A DNA stretch of 63,762 nucleotides, counting the filler, from Octopus bimaculoides (Eukaryota), in the NCBI RefSeq assembly GCF_001194135.2. It is 5 parts of 4 records of this genome, joined end to end, with 100 filler letters (N's around TTAATTAATTAA, not from the genome) between each part and the next. Parts side by side here need not be neighbours in the genome. Positions count along the whole stretch, not along the records: positions 8,801 to 33,015 come from NC_068981.1; 4 more parts are not named here. The stretch is one strand, 5' to 3'. How positions within the stretch are numbered: the first letter of the stretch is position 1; every line of letters starts with the position of its first letter. The notes under the pieces are model-generated. The model saw only the letters and a list, made by a program, of their open reading frames with translations. It ran no database searches and was not told the origin of the DNA. Shown in pieces: positions 12,746 through 26,574 of this stretch. Made by a program: the position numbers and the translations under genes.

Positions 12746-13147
12746 AGGCGCAATGGCCCAGTGGTTAGGGCAGCGGACTCGCGGTCATAGGATCGCGGTC
12801 TCGATTCCCAGACCGGGCGTTGTGAGTGTTTATTGGGCGTAAACACCTAGAGCTCCACGAGGCTCCGGCAGGGGATGGTGGCGAGCCCTGCTGTACTCTT
12901 TCACCACAACTTTCTCTCACTCTTACTGCCTGTTTCTGTTGTGCCTGTAATTCAAAGGGTCAGCCTTGTCACACTGTGTCACGCTGAATATCCCCGAGAA
13001 CTACGTTAAGGGTAAACGTGTCTGTGGAGTGCTCAGCCACTTGCACGTTAATTTCACGAACCGGCTGTTCCGTTGGTCGGATCAACTGGAACCCTCGACG
13101 TCGTAAGCGACGGAGTACCAATAGCACAATTATTATTATTATTATTA

Positions 13148-13200
<53 letters not shown>
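12746..13200 (+). mobile_element. Full-length tRNA-derived SINE with a distinct head and middle, tail type i and (ATT)n end
   Basis: A box TGGCCCAGTGG, B-box-like GGTCTCGATTCCC; 12960-13120 matches 7110-7275; (ATT)n at 13128-13200. Confidence 0.85.
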
Positions 13201-13201
<1 letters not shown>

Positions 13202-13203
<2 letters not shown>

Positions 13204-13726
13204 TAGTTTTATTTTTATAACGTGCTTTCACTTCACTACCGAGCGCAGCTCTGTGTGCCCTGGGTATGTGCTGTGGTTTGCTGTGATGCTCTTATGGTTA
13301 CTGTATTGAAAGTGTTCTGCATAGGATGTGTGAAGTGTCCAGTAGTGCAATTTTCTGTATGCTATATATACTTGTAAGTCTTGGTGTTTTTGCTATGTAT
13401 TTGTCTGAATATTTTTTTTATTATACCTAAGGCTCCTACTATGATAGGAATTGTTTCTGTTTTTAGATTCCACATTCGAGTTACCTCTATTTCCAGGTCT
13501 TTGTATTTTGAAAGTTTCTCCATTTCTTTTGGGGAAACGTTGTCATCTGCTGGTATTGATACATTAACTAGAAAGCATTTTTTTCCTTCATGATCTTTGA
13601 CAACTATATCTGCTCTATTGGCCTTAATTTCTCTATCTGTGTGATTTGGCATATCTCAGACCATGGTTGCTTTCTTATTTTCTGTGACCTTTTCTGGCGT
13701 GTGCTTATACCATCTTTTTTCTGTTG
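13202..13726 (-). mobile_element. R4/Dong-type non-LTR retrotransposon 3' fragment (restriction-like endonuclease)
   Basis: WYKHTPEKVTENK...DREIKANRADIVVKDHEGKKCFLVNVSIPADDNV...EKLSKYKDLEIEVTRMWNLKTETIPIIVGALG; the 3' end runs into (TAA)n. Confidence 0.85.
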
Positions 13727-14426
13727 ACCTCAGAGGGATTTCAACTCTGAATGTAGTATATCCAAACAAGTATTGTAAGTCGCTTTGTCCGATGCTCTAA
13801 CGCTGCTCTCAGTAATATCTAGCTTCATTTATTTGTGTCACTTCATGTGCTTCGTTGAACTTTTGTCCACCCTTGAACTGGTATTATATAAGGGACTGGG
13901 CCTTGAACTTCTGATGGAGTCGAAGGAGCACCGAAGGAACAACTACTATTTATCTTTCAATTCATTCATTTCCCTCTATATATATTTCCGTGTACGAATT
14001 TGTGTGCGTGCCGGTGTGTTATTTTGCTTGCATAGATAGGCAGTTAATTACCGACACGCGCACAGATTCATAGAAAATAACGTCTTAAATTGATCAGTTA
14101 TCTACTATCTGAAGCCTTGGCTGCGCTCATTTTGAGAGATGGTTTTATNNNNNNNNNNNNNNNNNNNNNNNNNNNNNNNNNNNNNNNNNNNNNNNNNNNN
14201 NNNNNNNNNNNNNNNNNNNNNNNNNNNNNNNNNNNNNNNNNNNNNNNNNNNNNNNNNNNNNNNNNNNNNNNNNNNNNNNNNNNNNNNNNNNNNNNNNNNN
14301 NNNNNNNNNNNNNNNNNNNNNNNNNNNNNNNNNNNNNNNNNNNNNNNNNNNNNNNNNNNNNNNNNNNNNNNNNNNNNNNNNNNNNNNNNNNNNNNNNNNN
14401 NNNNNNNNNNNNNNNNNNNNNNNNNN

Positions 14427-14464
<38 letters not shown>

Positions 14465-16427
14465 TATGTGATATGTATATATACTTAACACATGAGATTC
14501 TATATTTATTGTGAAATATACATAGGATGCTGAACAACTATATCATCTTAGCGAATGCGAATAAGCTATTAAACAGACACTGACTCCAAACGAAATTCAG
14601 ATTCGACGTATAAAATATCTATGCAATGAATAGCTAGGAAAAAGATAATCTAGGCTGGTTTTGTACCCAGTGATCAGGTGATTATAAAAAAGGATTTTTC
14701 TTTTCCTAATACCAAACTTGAAAGTAATATCAGTGGAAAATGATAACAACGACTTCAGTTCAGGAGAGGAATATAGGATAAGATTGGCTCGATAAGAGAA
14801 AAGCATGAAATCCGAGAGAGTTAAGGATACCTAAGAAGTATTTGAGAAAAAAGACCGACCATCAACCTACAACAATAATAATGTGTTTTGACATGTGTGC
14901 AAGTGCAGAAGACCACAGATCTTGTGAGAGCATGTATCCGATTATATTGAGCCAGCACTACACAAACCATCATTTCAACTTCATCAGCCTTTATTCTATC
15001 TGCCTCAGAATGATGTAAGACAAAATTGGCTCTAGTAGTTTAAGAACTCCCAGCATTAAGTGTCATAGGTGACAGCAAGTAACCAATTTTCTTTGCCACC
15101 TAGTATATTCACTTAATCCACTGCCTTCTTAAAGCAAGAACAACAACTCATCATTCTTTATTCCAAAACAATTGTACGAAGAAATTTATGATTACAAAAG
15201 AAAATACGAAGATATTGTTGTTAAAGCTAAGTATAATATCGAAATACATACATATATATACGCACATATATGTATATTATGTGTGTGTATGTATGTGTGT
15301 GTGTAAGATTGCGCACGTGTACGTCTTTTTTTTGTGTGTATGTGTTATATTGTGCATATGTGTGCTTGTGTGTGTGTGTGTGTGTTTTGCGCGTGTGCTG
15401 TGTATGTGTGCGAGTATGAGTGATCTAGCGTGTGCGTGTGCGTGATCGCGTATTGTGACACAAAATACTGCATTAAGACGAAGGAGTATACTCTTTACGA
15501 GATAGACATACTTGTTAGAGGCAAAAATATTCTCTTAATCTTAGACCGAACTTCATATTTCCAGTCGTTGGACTGTACTGTTGATTAGAGCGAAGACAAA
15601 CAGTATATATAGCATTTCGCTGGGGGCTAAAGAAAGAACTGACTGAAAAATCTTTATAAAGGAAATAAGGAAATAATGCGGAAAGCCAGTAAAGTTTGTT
15701 AAGAATGATGTAGGAGTGTTTTAATAAGATGCTGGTTTCTGTTGCTTACTGAGGATTAGTATTATTTTTCTATCTTACAATGCTTGGGTGCACATACTAT
15801 GAGGGTGTAAGTATGCCTTTTTTTTTCATACTTTATCATGAATGGACATAGTGCAATATGAAATATGGGAACTATTTCACCTAACGAGAAGAGGTGTTGT
15901 TGATATATGAATTAGTAAAGATAAAGATAATAAAATGATGTATTAACGTAGAAAATGTGATACAATGATTGGTAAATATTAATATGGATACTGTTTGACA
16001 AAGTCGCAGTAAAGCAAAATAAATGTTTGCCCGCATGTAGTAGTTGAAGAAGATAGATTTTCCCACAAGTTTCACTCTTGCTTTGCCTTATATATCTGCA
16101 TCTGCATGTATACATGTAATCATTCACTTACTTTCGTACACAGATCACCTTGCCTACATATAATTAATACTAATACTGCCATACAGAGTTGCATGGAATA
16201 GACATTATGCAATCGGGTACTTACTTCCACTGCTCAAGCGCTTGATTATCTACATATAACGTCTACGTGCATGCGCATAAGCCTATATACATGTCATGCT
16301 TATCCATCAGGTATTCATACGCATGGCTAATTCTAGCCTATGCACACACTGGTGTGTCTTCATATTCCCACCTGTGAACATAAATACCAACAGACAAACA
16401 CTGTTACGTACACACGCACACACACAC

Positions 16428-16516
<89 letters not shown>

Positions 16517-18394
16517 AACACATACATACATACGCACACACATTTTCACGGACATATGCACAAGGAATATGAATATCCGTACAAATGTGAGTTGCTGATG
16601 GTTATCAACATGAATTAGTTAAATGACATTAAAATAAATAGTGATATATGTCTTTGTATGAAGCAATGGGGTGATCTCTATGCGTAATGAATGATAAAAT
16701 ACGATAAACTAAACCAAATGTGCAAATAGTGATAACTGGTAAATGAATAAAAAGGATATAAGTGTTAAAGGCGGTAACTATGGTAGAATATATAATAAAT
16801 TGGTATTAAATTAGAAATAAAAGATTATTAACATAGAAAATAATTTGGTGTAAATATTGCGGAAATGGCTGCAATATTTCACACCGATTTTATCTTACGA
16901 GAATCAAAAATTATTTTGCGTATAAAAAGTGGTTTATTAGTCTAATGTGACTTTACAGAATTACGCATTTGTAATCTGAGTTTTAAACTGCTGGGAACAT
17001 ACGCTAATATAATCATTTTCTAAAACAGAAGCCTAACTGCAATGCTCCCATGTTGATATGGTCGACAGCAAGCAACGTAGTTGAAAAGTTGGCACTCATG
17101 CCGAAACCGAATCTGATGGAGAGTGGCGACTTTGAAATACGTTAGTCCGATAAACACCAGATTACGCCAGCAGTTATTATCAAACGGTTGTGGAAGACTG
17201 GAGCATTTGCAAAGAGGAGTAAGATTTGAAATTTATTATCTGAATACTTAGAAATGATTTTGCCACCTTAGAAATGATTTTGCGCACAAAGGTGACCTTG
17301 TTGAGGGTCACGTTCAGATCACTGTGATGCTTGTAATTCTTAGAGATATAGAAGATTTGCTTGTGAAACCACTTAGTTGTATTTGTCCTCTCAGCTAAAT
17401 TGAAAGACAGATTGATTCCATAAAATCCTATGATTTCTTTTAGTGTGTTTTAGACATGTATGGTGCTACATACATTGTATACCTTCTGTAGATTCACTTT
17501 TCTTTTGTCTTTAGTAGAACATTGCAATATAGTAGAACATTTTAATGTAGTAGAGAATTGTAGTATTATACTGCACTTCTAACGTGTTCTCATATGCAAA
17601 CAACAGAAAATACAGAGACACGCCTATTAAGACTGAGAACTAAGATACATAAAATGCTAGATAAGTTATCCAAAGAGACCAAATTCTGGGCGGGTTAACG
17701 ATATAGCTTGAAATGTTATCTGAAAAAATTTACGATCAGATAATTGTGTAATTCGTCACTTCATTTCCAATTTCATTGAATACACGATATGAATATACGT
17801 AAAACGCATATACCAATATATATATNNNNNNNNNNNNNNNNNNNNNNNNNNNNNNNNNNNNNNNNNNNNNNNNNNNNNNNNNNNNNNNNNNNNNNNNNNN
17901 NNNNNNNNNNNNNNNNNNNNNNNNNNNNNNNNNNNNNNNNNNNNNNNNNNNNNNNNNNNNNNNNNNNNNNNNNNNNNNNNNNNNNNNNNNNNNNNNNNNN
18001 NNNNNNNNNNNNNNNNNNNNNNNNNNNNNNNNNNNNNNNNNNNNNNNNNNNNNNNNNNNNNNNNNNNNNNNNNNNNNNNNNNNNNNNNNNNNNNNNNNNN
18101 NNNNNNNNNNNNNNNNNNNNNNNNNNNNNNNNNNNNNNNNNNNNNNNNNNNNNNNNNNNNNNNNNNNNNNNNNNNNNNNNNNNNNNNNNNNNNNNNNNNN
18201 NNNNNNNNNNNNNNNNNNNNNNNNNNNNNNNNNNNNNNNNNNNNNNNNNNNNNNNNNNNNNNNNNNNNNNNNNNNNNNNNNNNNNNNNNNNNNNNNNNNN
18301 NNNNNNNNNNNNNNNNNNNNNNNNNNNNNNNNNNNNNNNNNNNNNNNNNNNNNNNNNNNNNNNNNNNNNNNNNNNNNNNNNNNNNNNNNNNNNN

Positions 18395-18436
<42 letters not shown>

Positions 18437-19370
18437 TAGTGTTTCAGCTTTCTCAGACGTAAATCCAATATCTGGGGATATCGTCAACCATTACTCGTTC
18501 TTCATTTTCTCCAGCTGTGTTTGCGATGTTAATTTATGGCATCTCAATGTTTCTGTCTGTCTGTCTTTACCTTTTCTTGGTAAATTAGGATTGTACAACT
18601 GGTGTAATTTATGCTACATGCCTAAGATATCAGATATTTTGAAAATTATTTTGTGATTCAGTGTCCTGCAGCCCAAGATATTGGCAGCGATGACATAGAT
18701 ATTTTATTTGAATTCTAGCCATGAACCTTCAAGCGAAGAATTGGCTAGATTATGCATTGTTATGTTCGTGTTTGTCACCATTCAACCGGTTCGGAGCCAT
18801 TGTATTATTTATTATAAATGTTTTCCTCGTAACTGTCTTCAGCTTTCATCGATCCAGGTACTGATCCATTCAACTCACTGTAAATATTAGAAATCTCTCT
18901 GTGTCTCCCTTCTCTTTCTTTATCTCTCACACATACACTCACACACGCAAGCACACAGACAGGCACACATAGACACACACTTACACACACATATGCATCC
19001 TCCACCGAGTATCTTCATGCCTGTCACACGACCCAGAGACAAAAATCGCTAGAACGCCTATTGCAATAAAGTCCCACTCGAGATTTTAAAAAATAAATAC
19101 TTTGTCGCGAAGCTTGTAGAGAGTGGCATTTCTGAGATTCCCGTTGAAGATTGAGATTCTTCTATCGGTTATAGAATTTGTGCACAGACACAAACATGCA
19201 CACAGACATAGACACACACACACACACACAAACACAAACACACACACAAACTCACACACACACACACACAAACACACACACAAACACACACACAAACACA
19301 CACATGAATATACATATGTATACACATATATACACGCGTGTATACATACAAACACTCTCGTACGTACGTT

Positions 19371-19469
<99 letters not shown>

Positions 19470-19758
19470 ACCTGTATGTGTGTATATAACATATGAGAGA
19501 GATAGAAAATGGAATTCACGCGACTCTTTATTAATCATAAAGATCGCTTCAACTCATCTTGTATCGATCCCTCGCTGGTGAATTACAACTCAACTGTTTA
19601 TGGTGCATCCTCTGGTGCAGATGTGTTTTGTCAAGTTAATTTTCAAAAGATACGTCGTTCAATAAACACGCTTCGTTTATACAGAATGTATATACGAATG
19701 TACTAATTTAAATATATGACTGCGTATATATATTTAAAAATTTATCGATGTACGTATA

Positions 19759-20614
19759 CAAGGTCTGATCATTAAGTATCTGGGCTGTTGCCATAGTAAC
19801 GAACTAAAGCACGCAAAGTAAATCCGCTTGTCACAGATAGACCCCGTGCATGGGTGCTAAGTTTTAACATTCTAGCTCGCTTCCGTTGTTTACAGCAGTG
19901 TTTTGAAGGAAGGTATGTAGCGTGTGATCGTCGCATTGACCATGACGGAGAAAGTTGTGATAGCGATACTTGCTCAGAGGCCTACTCAAATTGCAGAAAG
20001 CGTATGGAGAGGAGTGTATGAGCTGCACAGAAGTCTATGAGTGGTTCAGACGTTTCCAAGATGGCCGAAAAAAGCCGATATTGACAAACGTCCTGGGAGA
20101 CCTGCAACCATCAGAACTGAGAGAAACATCACCGATGTGCATGCTGCCGTGAGGGGAAATCGTCGATTCACCATCAGTGAGTTATCAGAGAATGTGCAGA
20201 TTAGTTACGGTCTAGTTCAGTTCATTATCATTGAAAATATGGGTGTGAGATGCATGTTTGCCAAGTTTGAGCTAAAACTGCTTTCAGCTGATTAAAAAGA
20301 TGCTCGAATTTCTGTTGCGCAAGATCTCCTTTTTGAAAACTTAGGTTTGGCCTCTGAGCAGATATCACCAAGCTTTAGGCAAAATTTGATGCAGATTCTC
20401 TGTTTAACTTTCTCTGCCATGGTCAATGCAACGATCACACGCTACACACCTTCCTTCGAAGCACTGCTGTAAACAACGGAAGGGAGCTAGTACGTTGAAA
20501 CTTAGTGCATATGCGCAGTAGCCTTTAAGGTCAATCTGTGCTAAGCGAATTCATGCTCCGTGTTTTAGCTTCCTTACTATAGCAACAGTACGGATACTTA
20601 TTGATCAGACCACG
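19759..20614 (+). mobile_element. Mariner-derived foldback element: two 5' ends in inverted orientation, TA target site duplications
   Basis: TA|CAAGGTCTGATCATTAAGTATC ... GATACTTATTGATCAGACCACG|TA; left arm encodes an HTH (LQKAYGEECMS..VYEWFRRFQDGR...RPGRP); right arm reads MAEKVKQRICIKFCLKLGDICSEA on the minus strand. Confidence 0.85.
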
Positions 20615-21425
20615 TATGAGCGTGTAGAATGTGTCTGTACTAAGTTCCACAGTTGTGCATTCCTCTCACTATCCTCCAAAATATTCAAATCACATGGTGG
20701 TCCTTTTACCTTTTCTAAGTTCCAACGGTTTCTCCGTGCCGCCACCAGCGCTTGATATCTTCGTTCCCATTTTTTTTCTCCCCATCACCTGTTTTGACTG
20801 CCCCTCATAATTAGTTACTAACACAAATCTTATGAACATTCCTGGTCTAGCACAGGTAAGGTTCGTTAGACTTCACTTCTTGAAGGTTTGGTGTTTGTAC
20901 CACAGTTCCAAGTATTTGCAATACTTACTGTCTTCAAAGAACATCTCTCTTTCCTCAGCTTTTACTCTGTTACTATGTACTTCTTTCACTATGGCAATGG
21001 ACACAGATAACTCTAATGTCTAATATACATATTATACTATGTACGAGTGGATGTGTGAATGCGCGTGGGTGCGTGCTTGTGTGTGTTGTGGTGGGGATTG
21101 TAGATCGGATTTTAAATATTTCGAGGACCATAATTTATAAATCTCAACATTTCATAAATATGTATAGTTCGCCAAAATATATATTTATTATTACGTTAAA
21201 ATTTTAATGTCTTTAATTCAGAGGATATGCGTGTATACAAACACCAGCACATATTGAACACACTGAACACACACACACACACACACACACACAGGCGCAT
21301 ATATATCAATTCAGTTAATCAATATATGCGTGTGTAGATGTATACATATTTGGATGCATACATAAACACATGCTTATGTGGTTCTATGTATTTTCCTTTG
21401 TGCAGTGTGTGTGTGTGTACATATC

Positions 21426-21485
<60 letters not shown>

Positions 21486-22527
21486 ATATGCATATACATT
21501 TATATAAACATATGTATATATATATTATACATATATTATATATATGTCATACACACATACTTATTCGTGTACATATATATACACGCATATATGCACATAC
21601 ATATGTATGTGTGTGTGAGTAGATAGATACATACATACACACATACATATATCCTAGCAGATTTATGTAAATGTATACGTAATATATATGAATATATGTA
21701 GATGCATATTTATATGTGTGACGGTTTGCACATATACCGTGTATGAGTACAATTTATGTATGCATACATACAGATCAATAAGTATCAATAACTTTCTGCA
21801 TACACCATCCCTCATCCATAAAGTATTCTATGAACAACAATGCACATAACTTAAATATATGTCTCTACATACATACGTTTGTAGGTATGTATGTATATAT
21901 ATACACACGTGTGTGTGTGAGTGTGTGTGTACAGAGAACGCGGGAGAGAAAGTGAGACACAGACAGGGAGACATAACATAATAGCAGACAAATAGGTACC
22001 GATACAAAGAAGATTGCGTTATTGCTTTGTTTGAGGAATTCGAGACAATATTATATCTCCCGAAAAAGAGAATTCCACTCGGTTATCATGTATGCCTTGT
22101 CTCTTTTTTAAAACTGAACTTAGTTTATATTACACAAGTAATAAAATATCTTTCCCATAAAATATAATCTTTATTATTCTATTTACATTGTTCCTTTCTA
22201 TGTTTAATTTCATTTTATTTTTACCATTTCAAGGAACCGTTTCTATTACTTTCATTCATGTTTTTACAATTTCCTATTTTGTTTTGTGTTTTGTTTCTTT
22301 TAAGTTACTATTTATTTATTTATTATTGTGATTTATTTCGTTTATCTTCGTGTTTCTTTTTAAAGAAATTTGATCGTTTTGATGTGAAACTATATAAGCT
22401 GTAAACTTTATCAATATTTCTATAACTTGATGCTGTAAGCATACGAAACATACCTAAAGTGTATCATTTAATTATATATATATACATATGCATAGGCGTG
22501 TGCATCTGTATATGCATACATACATGC

Positions 22528-22568
<41 letters not shown>

Positions 22569-22780
22569 NNNNNNNNNNNNNNNNNNNNNNNNNNNNNNNG
22601 GGGGGGGGGTGTTACTGGTTTCCTACTGGTGTCAGTCTTTTGTCTGTGACTATACTGGGTCAGACAATGCGAGAATTTTATTCGATCATATCGATCTTTA
22701 ACGAATGGATATACATCCAGATCAGTAACATGATAGTACAGTATGGATAGAATGATAGATAGATAAATAGATAAATAGAC

Positions 22781-22831
<51 letters not shown>

Positions 22832-22870
22832 TGGATAGATAAATAGATAGATAGATAGATAGATAGATAC

Positions 22871-23994
22871 ATTTCTGTTATTAGCCACACAGGGCTCAAC
22901 AAAGATGGGACAAATACAATGTAGAGCTTTTCTTTTTGGGAGGGGAAGGAAAAAAAAAACAATAGGGGTGAGTCGATCAAAAGGGNNNNNNNNNNNNNNN
23001 NNNNNNNNNNNNNNNNNNNNNNNNNNNNNNNNNNNNNNNNNNNNNNNNNNNNNNNNNNNNNNNNNNNNNNNNNNNNNNNNNNNNNNNNNNNNNNNNNNNN
23101 NNNNNNNNNNNNNNNNNNNNNNNNNNNNNNNNNNNNNNNNNNNNNNNNNNNNNNNNNNNNNNNNNNNNNNNNNNNNNNNNNNNNNNNNNNNNNNNNNNNN
23201 NNNNNNNNNNNNNNNNNNNNNNNNNNNNNNNNNNNNNNNNNNNNNNNNNNNNNNNNNNNNNNNNNNNNNNNNNNNNNNNNNNNNNNNNNNNNNNNNNNNN
23301 NNNNNNNNNNNNNNNNNNNNNNNNNNNNNNNNNNNNNNNNNNNNNNNNNNNNNNNNNNNNNNNNNNNNNNNNNNNNNNNNNNNNNNNNNNNNNNNNNNNN
23401 NNNNNNNNNNNNNNNNNNNNNNNNNNNNNNNNNNNNNNNNNNNNNNNNNNNNNNNNNNNNNNNNNNNNNNNNNNNNNNNNNNNNNNNNNNNNNNNNNNNN
23501 NNNNNNNNNNNNNNNNNNNNNNNNNNNNNNNNNNNNNNNNNNNNNNNNNNNNNNNNNNNNNNNNNNNNNNNNNNNNNNNNNNNNNNNNNNNNNNNNNNNN
23601 NNNNNNNNNNNNNNNNNNNNNNNNNNNNNNNNNNNNNNNNNNNNNNNNNNNNNNNNNNNNNNNNNNNNNNNNNNNNNNNNNNNNNNNNNNNNNNNNNNNN
23701 NNNNNNNNNNNNNNNNNNNNNNNNNNNNNNNNNNNNNNNNNNNNNNNNNNNNNNNNNNNNNNNNNNNNNNNNNNNNNNNNNNNNNNNNNNNNNNNNNNNN
23801 NNNNNNNNNNNNNNNNNNNNNATTCCTCGTCGACGCCCAGGTTCGCCCCGAGATCGTCGTCGTACCTTCCCTCCACTAATCCACTATAGAATGCGTTAGT
23901 TGTGATGCAGTCGCTCAAGGTTGACTCGGGGTGTTGGAGTTGCCGGAGAGCAACGCGACACTCGCGGTGCCATTCGCCCTTCCTCGGCCTCTTC
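22871..23994 (-). mobile_element. 5'-truncated L1/Tx1-clade LINE, middle in an N gap, flanked by (GATA)n on both sides
   Basis: 23822-23994 is GC/CpG-rich and open on the minus strand (RPRKGEWHRECRVALRQLQHPESTLSDCITTNAFYSGLVEGRYDDDLGANLGVDEE); 22871-22915 rc TTGTCCCATCTTTGTTGAGCCCTGTGTGGCTAATAACAGAAAT matches the 3' terminus at 27625-27665 of the other Tx1-like copy. The join across the gap is inferred. Confidence 0.55.
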
Positions 23995-24035
<41 letters not shown>

Positions 24036-24049
24036 TGTAATATAGAATT

Positions 24050-24255
24050 ATCGGTCAGCGTGTCGGTTAGACTGTTTTGCGATATTTGTTCCAGCTCATT
24101 ACGTCTTGCGTTCAAATCCTCCTAAGGTTAATGGTGTTTTTCACCCTTTTGAAGTTAATAAAATAAAATACTAGTCTATTACTAGAATTGATATTATCAA
24201 CTACTCCGCTGTCTCAAATTTCTGGCCTCGCGCTTACGTCAGGAATTATTATTAA
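24050..24255 (+). mobile_element. Degenerate SINE family A
   Basis: TTACGT.....GTTCAAAT.C.....GGT, TTTCA.CCTTT, ATAAAATAA.TAC, (ATT) end. Confidence 0.55.
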
Positions 24256-24624
24256 TTTAGCTAGAACCAGAATTTATACCTCTGCTCACTGCAAGTATCG
24301 TTTGTTCCATTTATTCAAAACGTCACTGCTGCTTTATTTTTAAAATTCCTCTTTGATACAGTTATAAAATGTTGGTCAAAGTGAGTCTTATAAATATTAA
24401 TGGTCTAACATTTAAATATATATAAATATGACGGTTGAGCAAGGTATTATTAAGCAAACGGAAATGGTAGGGAAACAGGAGAAAACTCGGAAAGCGAAAT
24501 AAAGATAAAGAGAAGAAAGAAGAAATGTTTAGACACTTATGAAGAGAAAGACAATATGAGGAACACAGGGTACGTATAACGGTGGGGGGAATAACGAGTG
24601 AGATAAAAAGAAATAAATAAGTGA

Positions 24625-24627
24625 AAA

Positions 24628-24663
<36 letters not shown>

Positions 24664-24685
24664 GTAGATAGGTAGATAGATAGAC

Positions 24686-24747
<62 letters not shown>

Positions 24748-24750
24748 GCG
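24625..24750. repeat. (GATA)n microsatellite
   Basis: Directly visible. Confidence 0.95.
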
Positions 24751-25651
24751 ACGAGATATTATGACAGAAAGAAAGAAACGAAACGAAAAAAGGAAGAATG
24801 AAAGTGACGATAAGATGCGGTTCATTTAATTGTACCTTGGTGTATCATAGATGAAATACTACGTTTTAATGTCAAGAGGAAAAATATTTATCTAGGAGAG
24901 ACAGTGAAAGTAAACAGGAAAATAGTATAAAACATTGAGACTATAAAACACTTAAAACAAAGAGAAGCTCGGGAGTAGAAATAGAGCGGAGAATACGAAA
25001 CGCAAAATTGATAGCATATGTGTATAAGGAAGTGGTATTGAATATAGTGTTTATTCTAAAAAGGTGTAGTATGATGTTTAATGCTAATAGACTACGTAAG
25101 TAGAGGGAAAGGAGGAGTAGAGAGTTTTGAAAGTAAAGGTGGATGGAGAAAAACACTATGAATAGTGAGGGAAAGAAAGATGAAATAAAACAAATGGAAG
25201 GGAAGAATGAAAGATTGCGTATGAATAAATATTTATATATAAAGCACAGGAGCAAGAAGTTTCTGTAAAAGTGTGTCGAAGCACAAATGGAATACAATGA
25301 ATGCTCGCAATAAAATGTTACAATGTAAAACCCACGAAGAACCTTCAATTTGGCTGTAGCTTCATCTAGTAAGCCTTAGTATATATATGTCAAATGTACT
25401 TGGGTTTATTAATCTAATAGAAAGTTTTTCTTCGAAGTTGGTGTATGATCATTATGAGTAACATATGGGTGATGAAGTATGAGCAGTCTTCATTCCAAGA
25501 TGGGAATTGGTTTTGTGAGAGTGGGTGATAATGTCATTTCAGATATTAAATGTGTTCCTGTCAATTTATAAAAGATGCATTGTTACGTTTCGTCAGAATA
25601 GCGAACAGTTTGTTATCTGCCTTTTAAATACATGTTGAAAATGTTATTATA

Positions 25652-26275
25652 TTGGGTCATGCCATAAATAATGCGTTTTTTTTTTTATATTTCTTTTATT
25701 TTTCAAAATTAAGATAAAGTTCTTTTTTAATCTAAAATATACTCTCCTTCATTTTCTACTTCCATCTATCTGGTAGACTTGCAAAGCCCCTCTTCCAAAA
25801 TTCACTTGTCTGTGACGAAAAAGTCTCCTCTAGGACTGTTCTGACCTCGTCTACGGAATTCATATTTTTTCCGTCCAAATGATTTTGAAGACTGCAGAAT
25901 AAATGGTAATCAGATTGGGCAATATCTGATGATGGGTGGGACATCGTTTCTCATCCAAACTGCTCCAGCCTTTGGAATATAATTTTCACTGTATGTGACC
26001 GAGCATTATCCTGGTCGAAGAATACTTTTCGTCTTGAAACCAAAGATTTTTTTTTCTTTTTCTAGCGCTGACTTGAAGGACTGATTGAAAGCTCAAATCC
26101 AAGTTTCTCTACTAAATTCTCAATAGTTACACTAGGATTTTGTCCACCAGGGTTTGTAAGACGTCCTCGCCAAGCTCTACAGATCTTCCAGGATGTGACT
26201 CGTCTTCTAGGCTGTAATTTCAGGCACGGAATTTCTGGAACCACCGTTGACACTGGCTTACGTTTGTTATCCAAT
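25652..26275 (-). mobile_element. Mariner (DD34D) transposase relic with 3' TIR, internally deleted
   Basis: TA|TTGGGTCATGCCATAAATAATGC TIR; QDNARSHT, DIAQSDYHLFCSLQNHLDGK...FWKRGFASLPDRWK; same family as 50897-51959. Confidence 0.9.
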
Positions 26276-26574
26276 CATCATATTCTACATTATAGAAAAT
26301 GAACTTCGTAAGCTTGAGCAAACTTATGTAACGGTGCATGGTTTAAGAATTAAAGACCTATTTTTTAGTGATCTGTTTAGATATCCAAGAATAGTATACA
26401 CCATCTTAGAGTTTTAATATAATGATTAGTTTTCTGCATTGCGTACTAAAACGATAAATTGTTAGCCTATTATTTCTCAATCCACTAAAAACATTCTGAG
26501 TCAAATAGTCCACTCCAAGTACTAATTTTATCGATATGTAAAAGAGCGAAGATTAAGTAATAAAATCTGAGTTT

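Noticed and set aside
17030-17340. Unique-looking moderately GC-rich segment
   Set aside because: Stops in most frames and no motif or splice pair; probably old transposon debris.
18450-18525. Minus-strand GENEERVMVDDIPRYWIYV* as a terminal exon
   Set aside because: Purine-rich acceptor context and no linked upstream exon.
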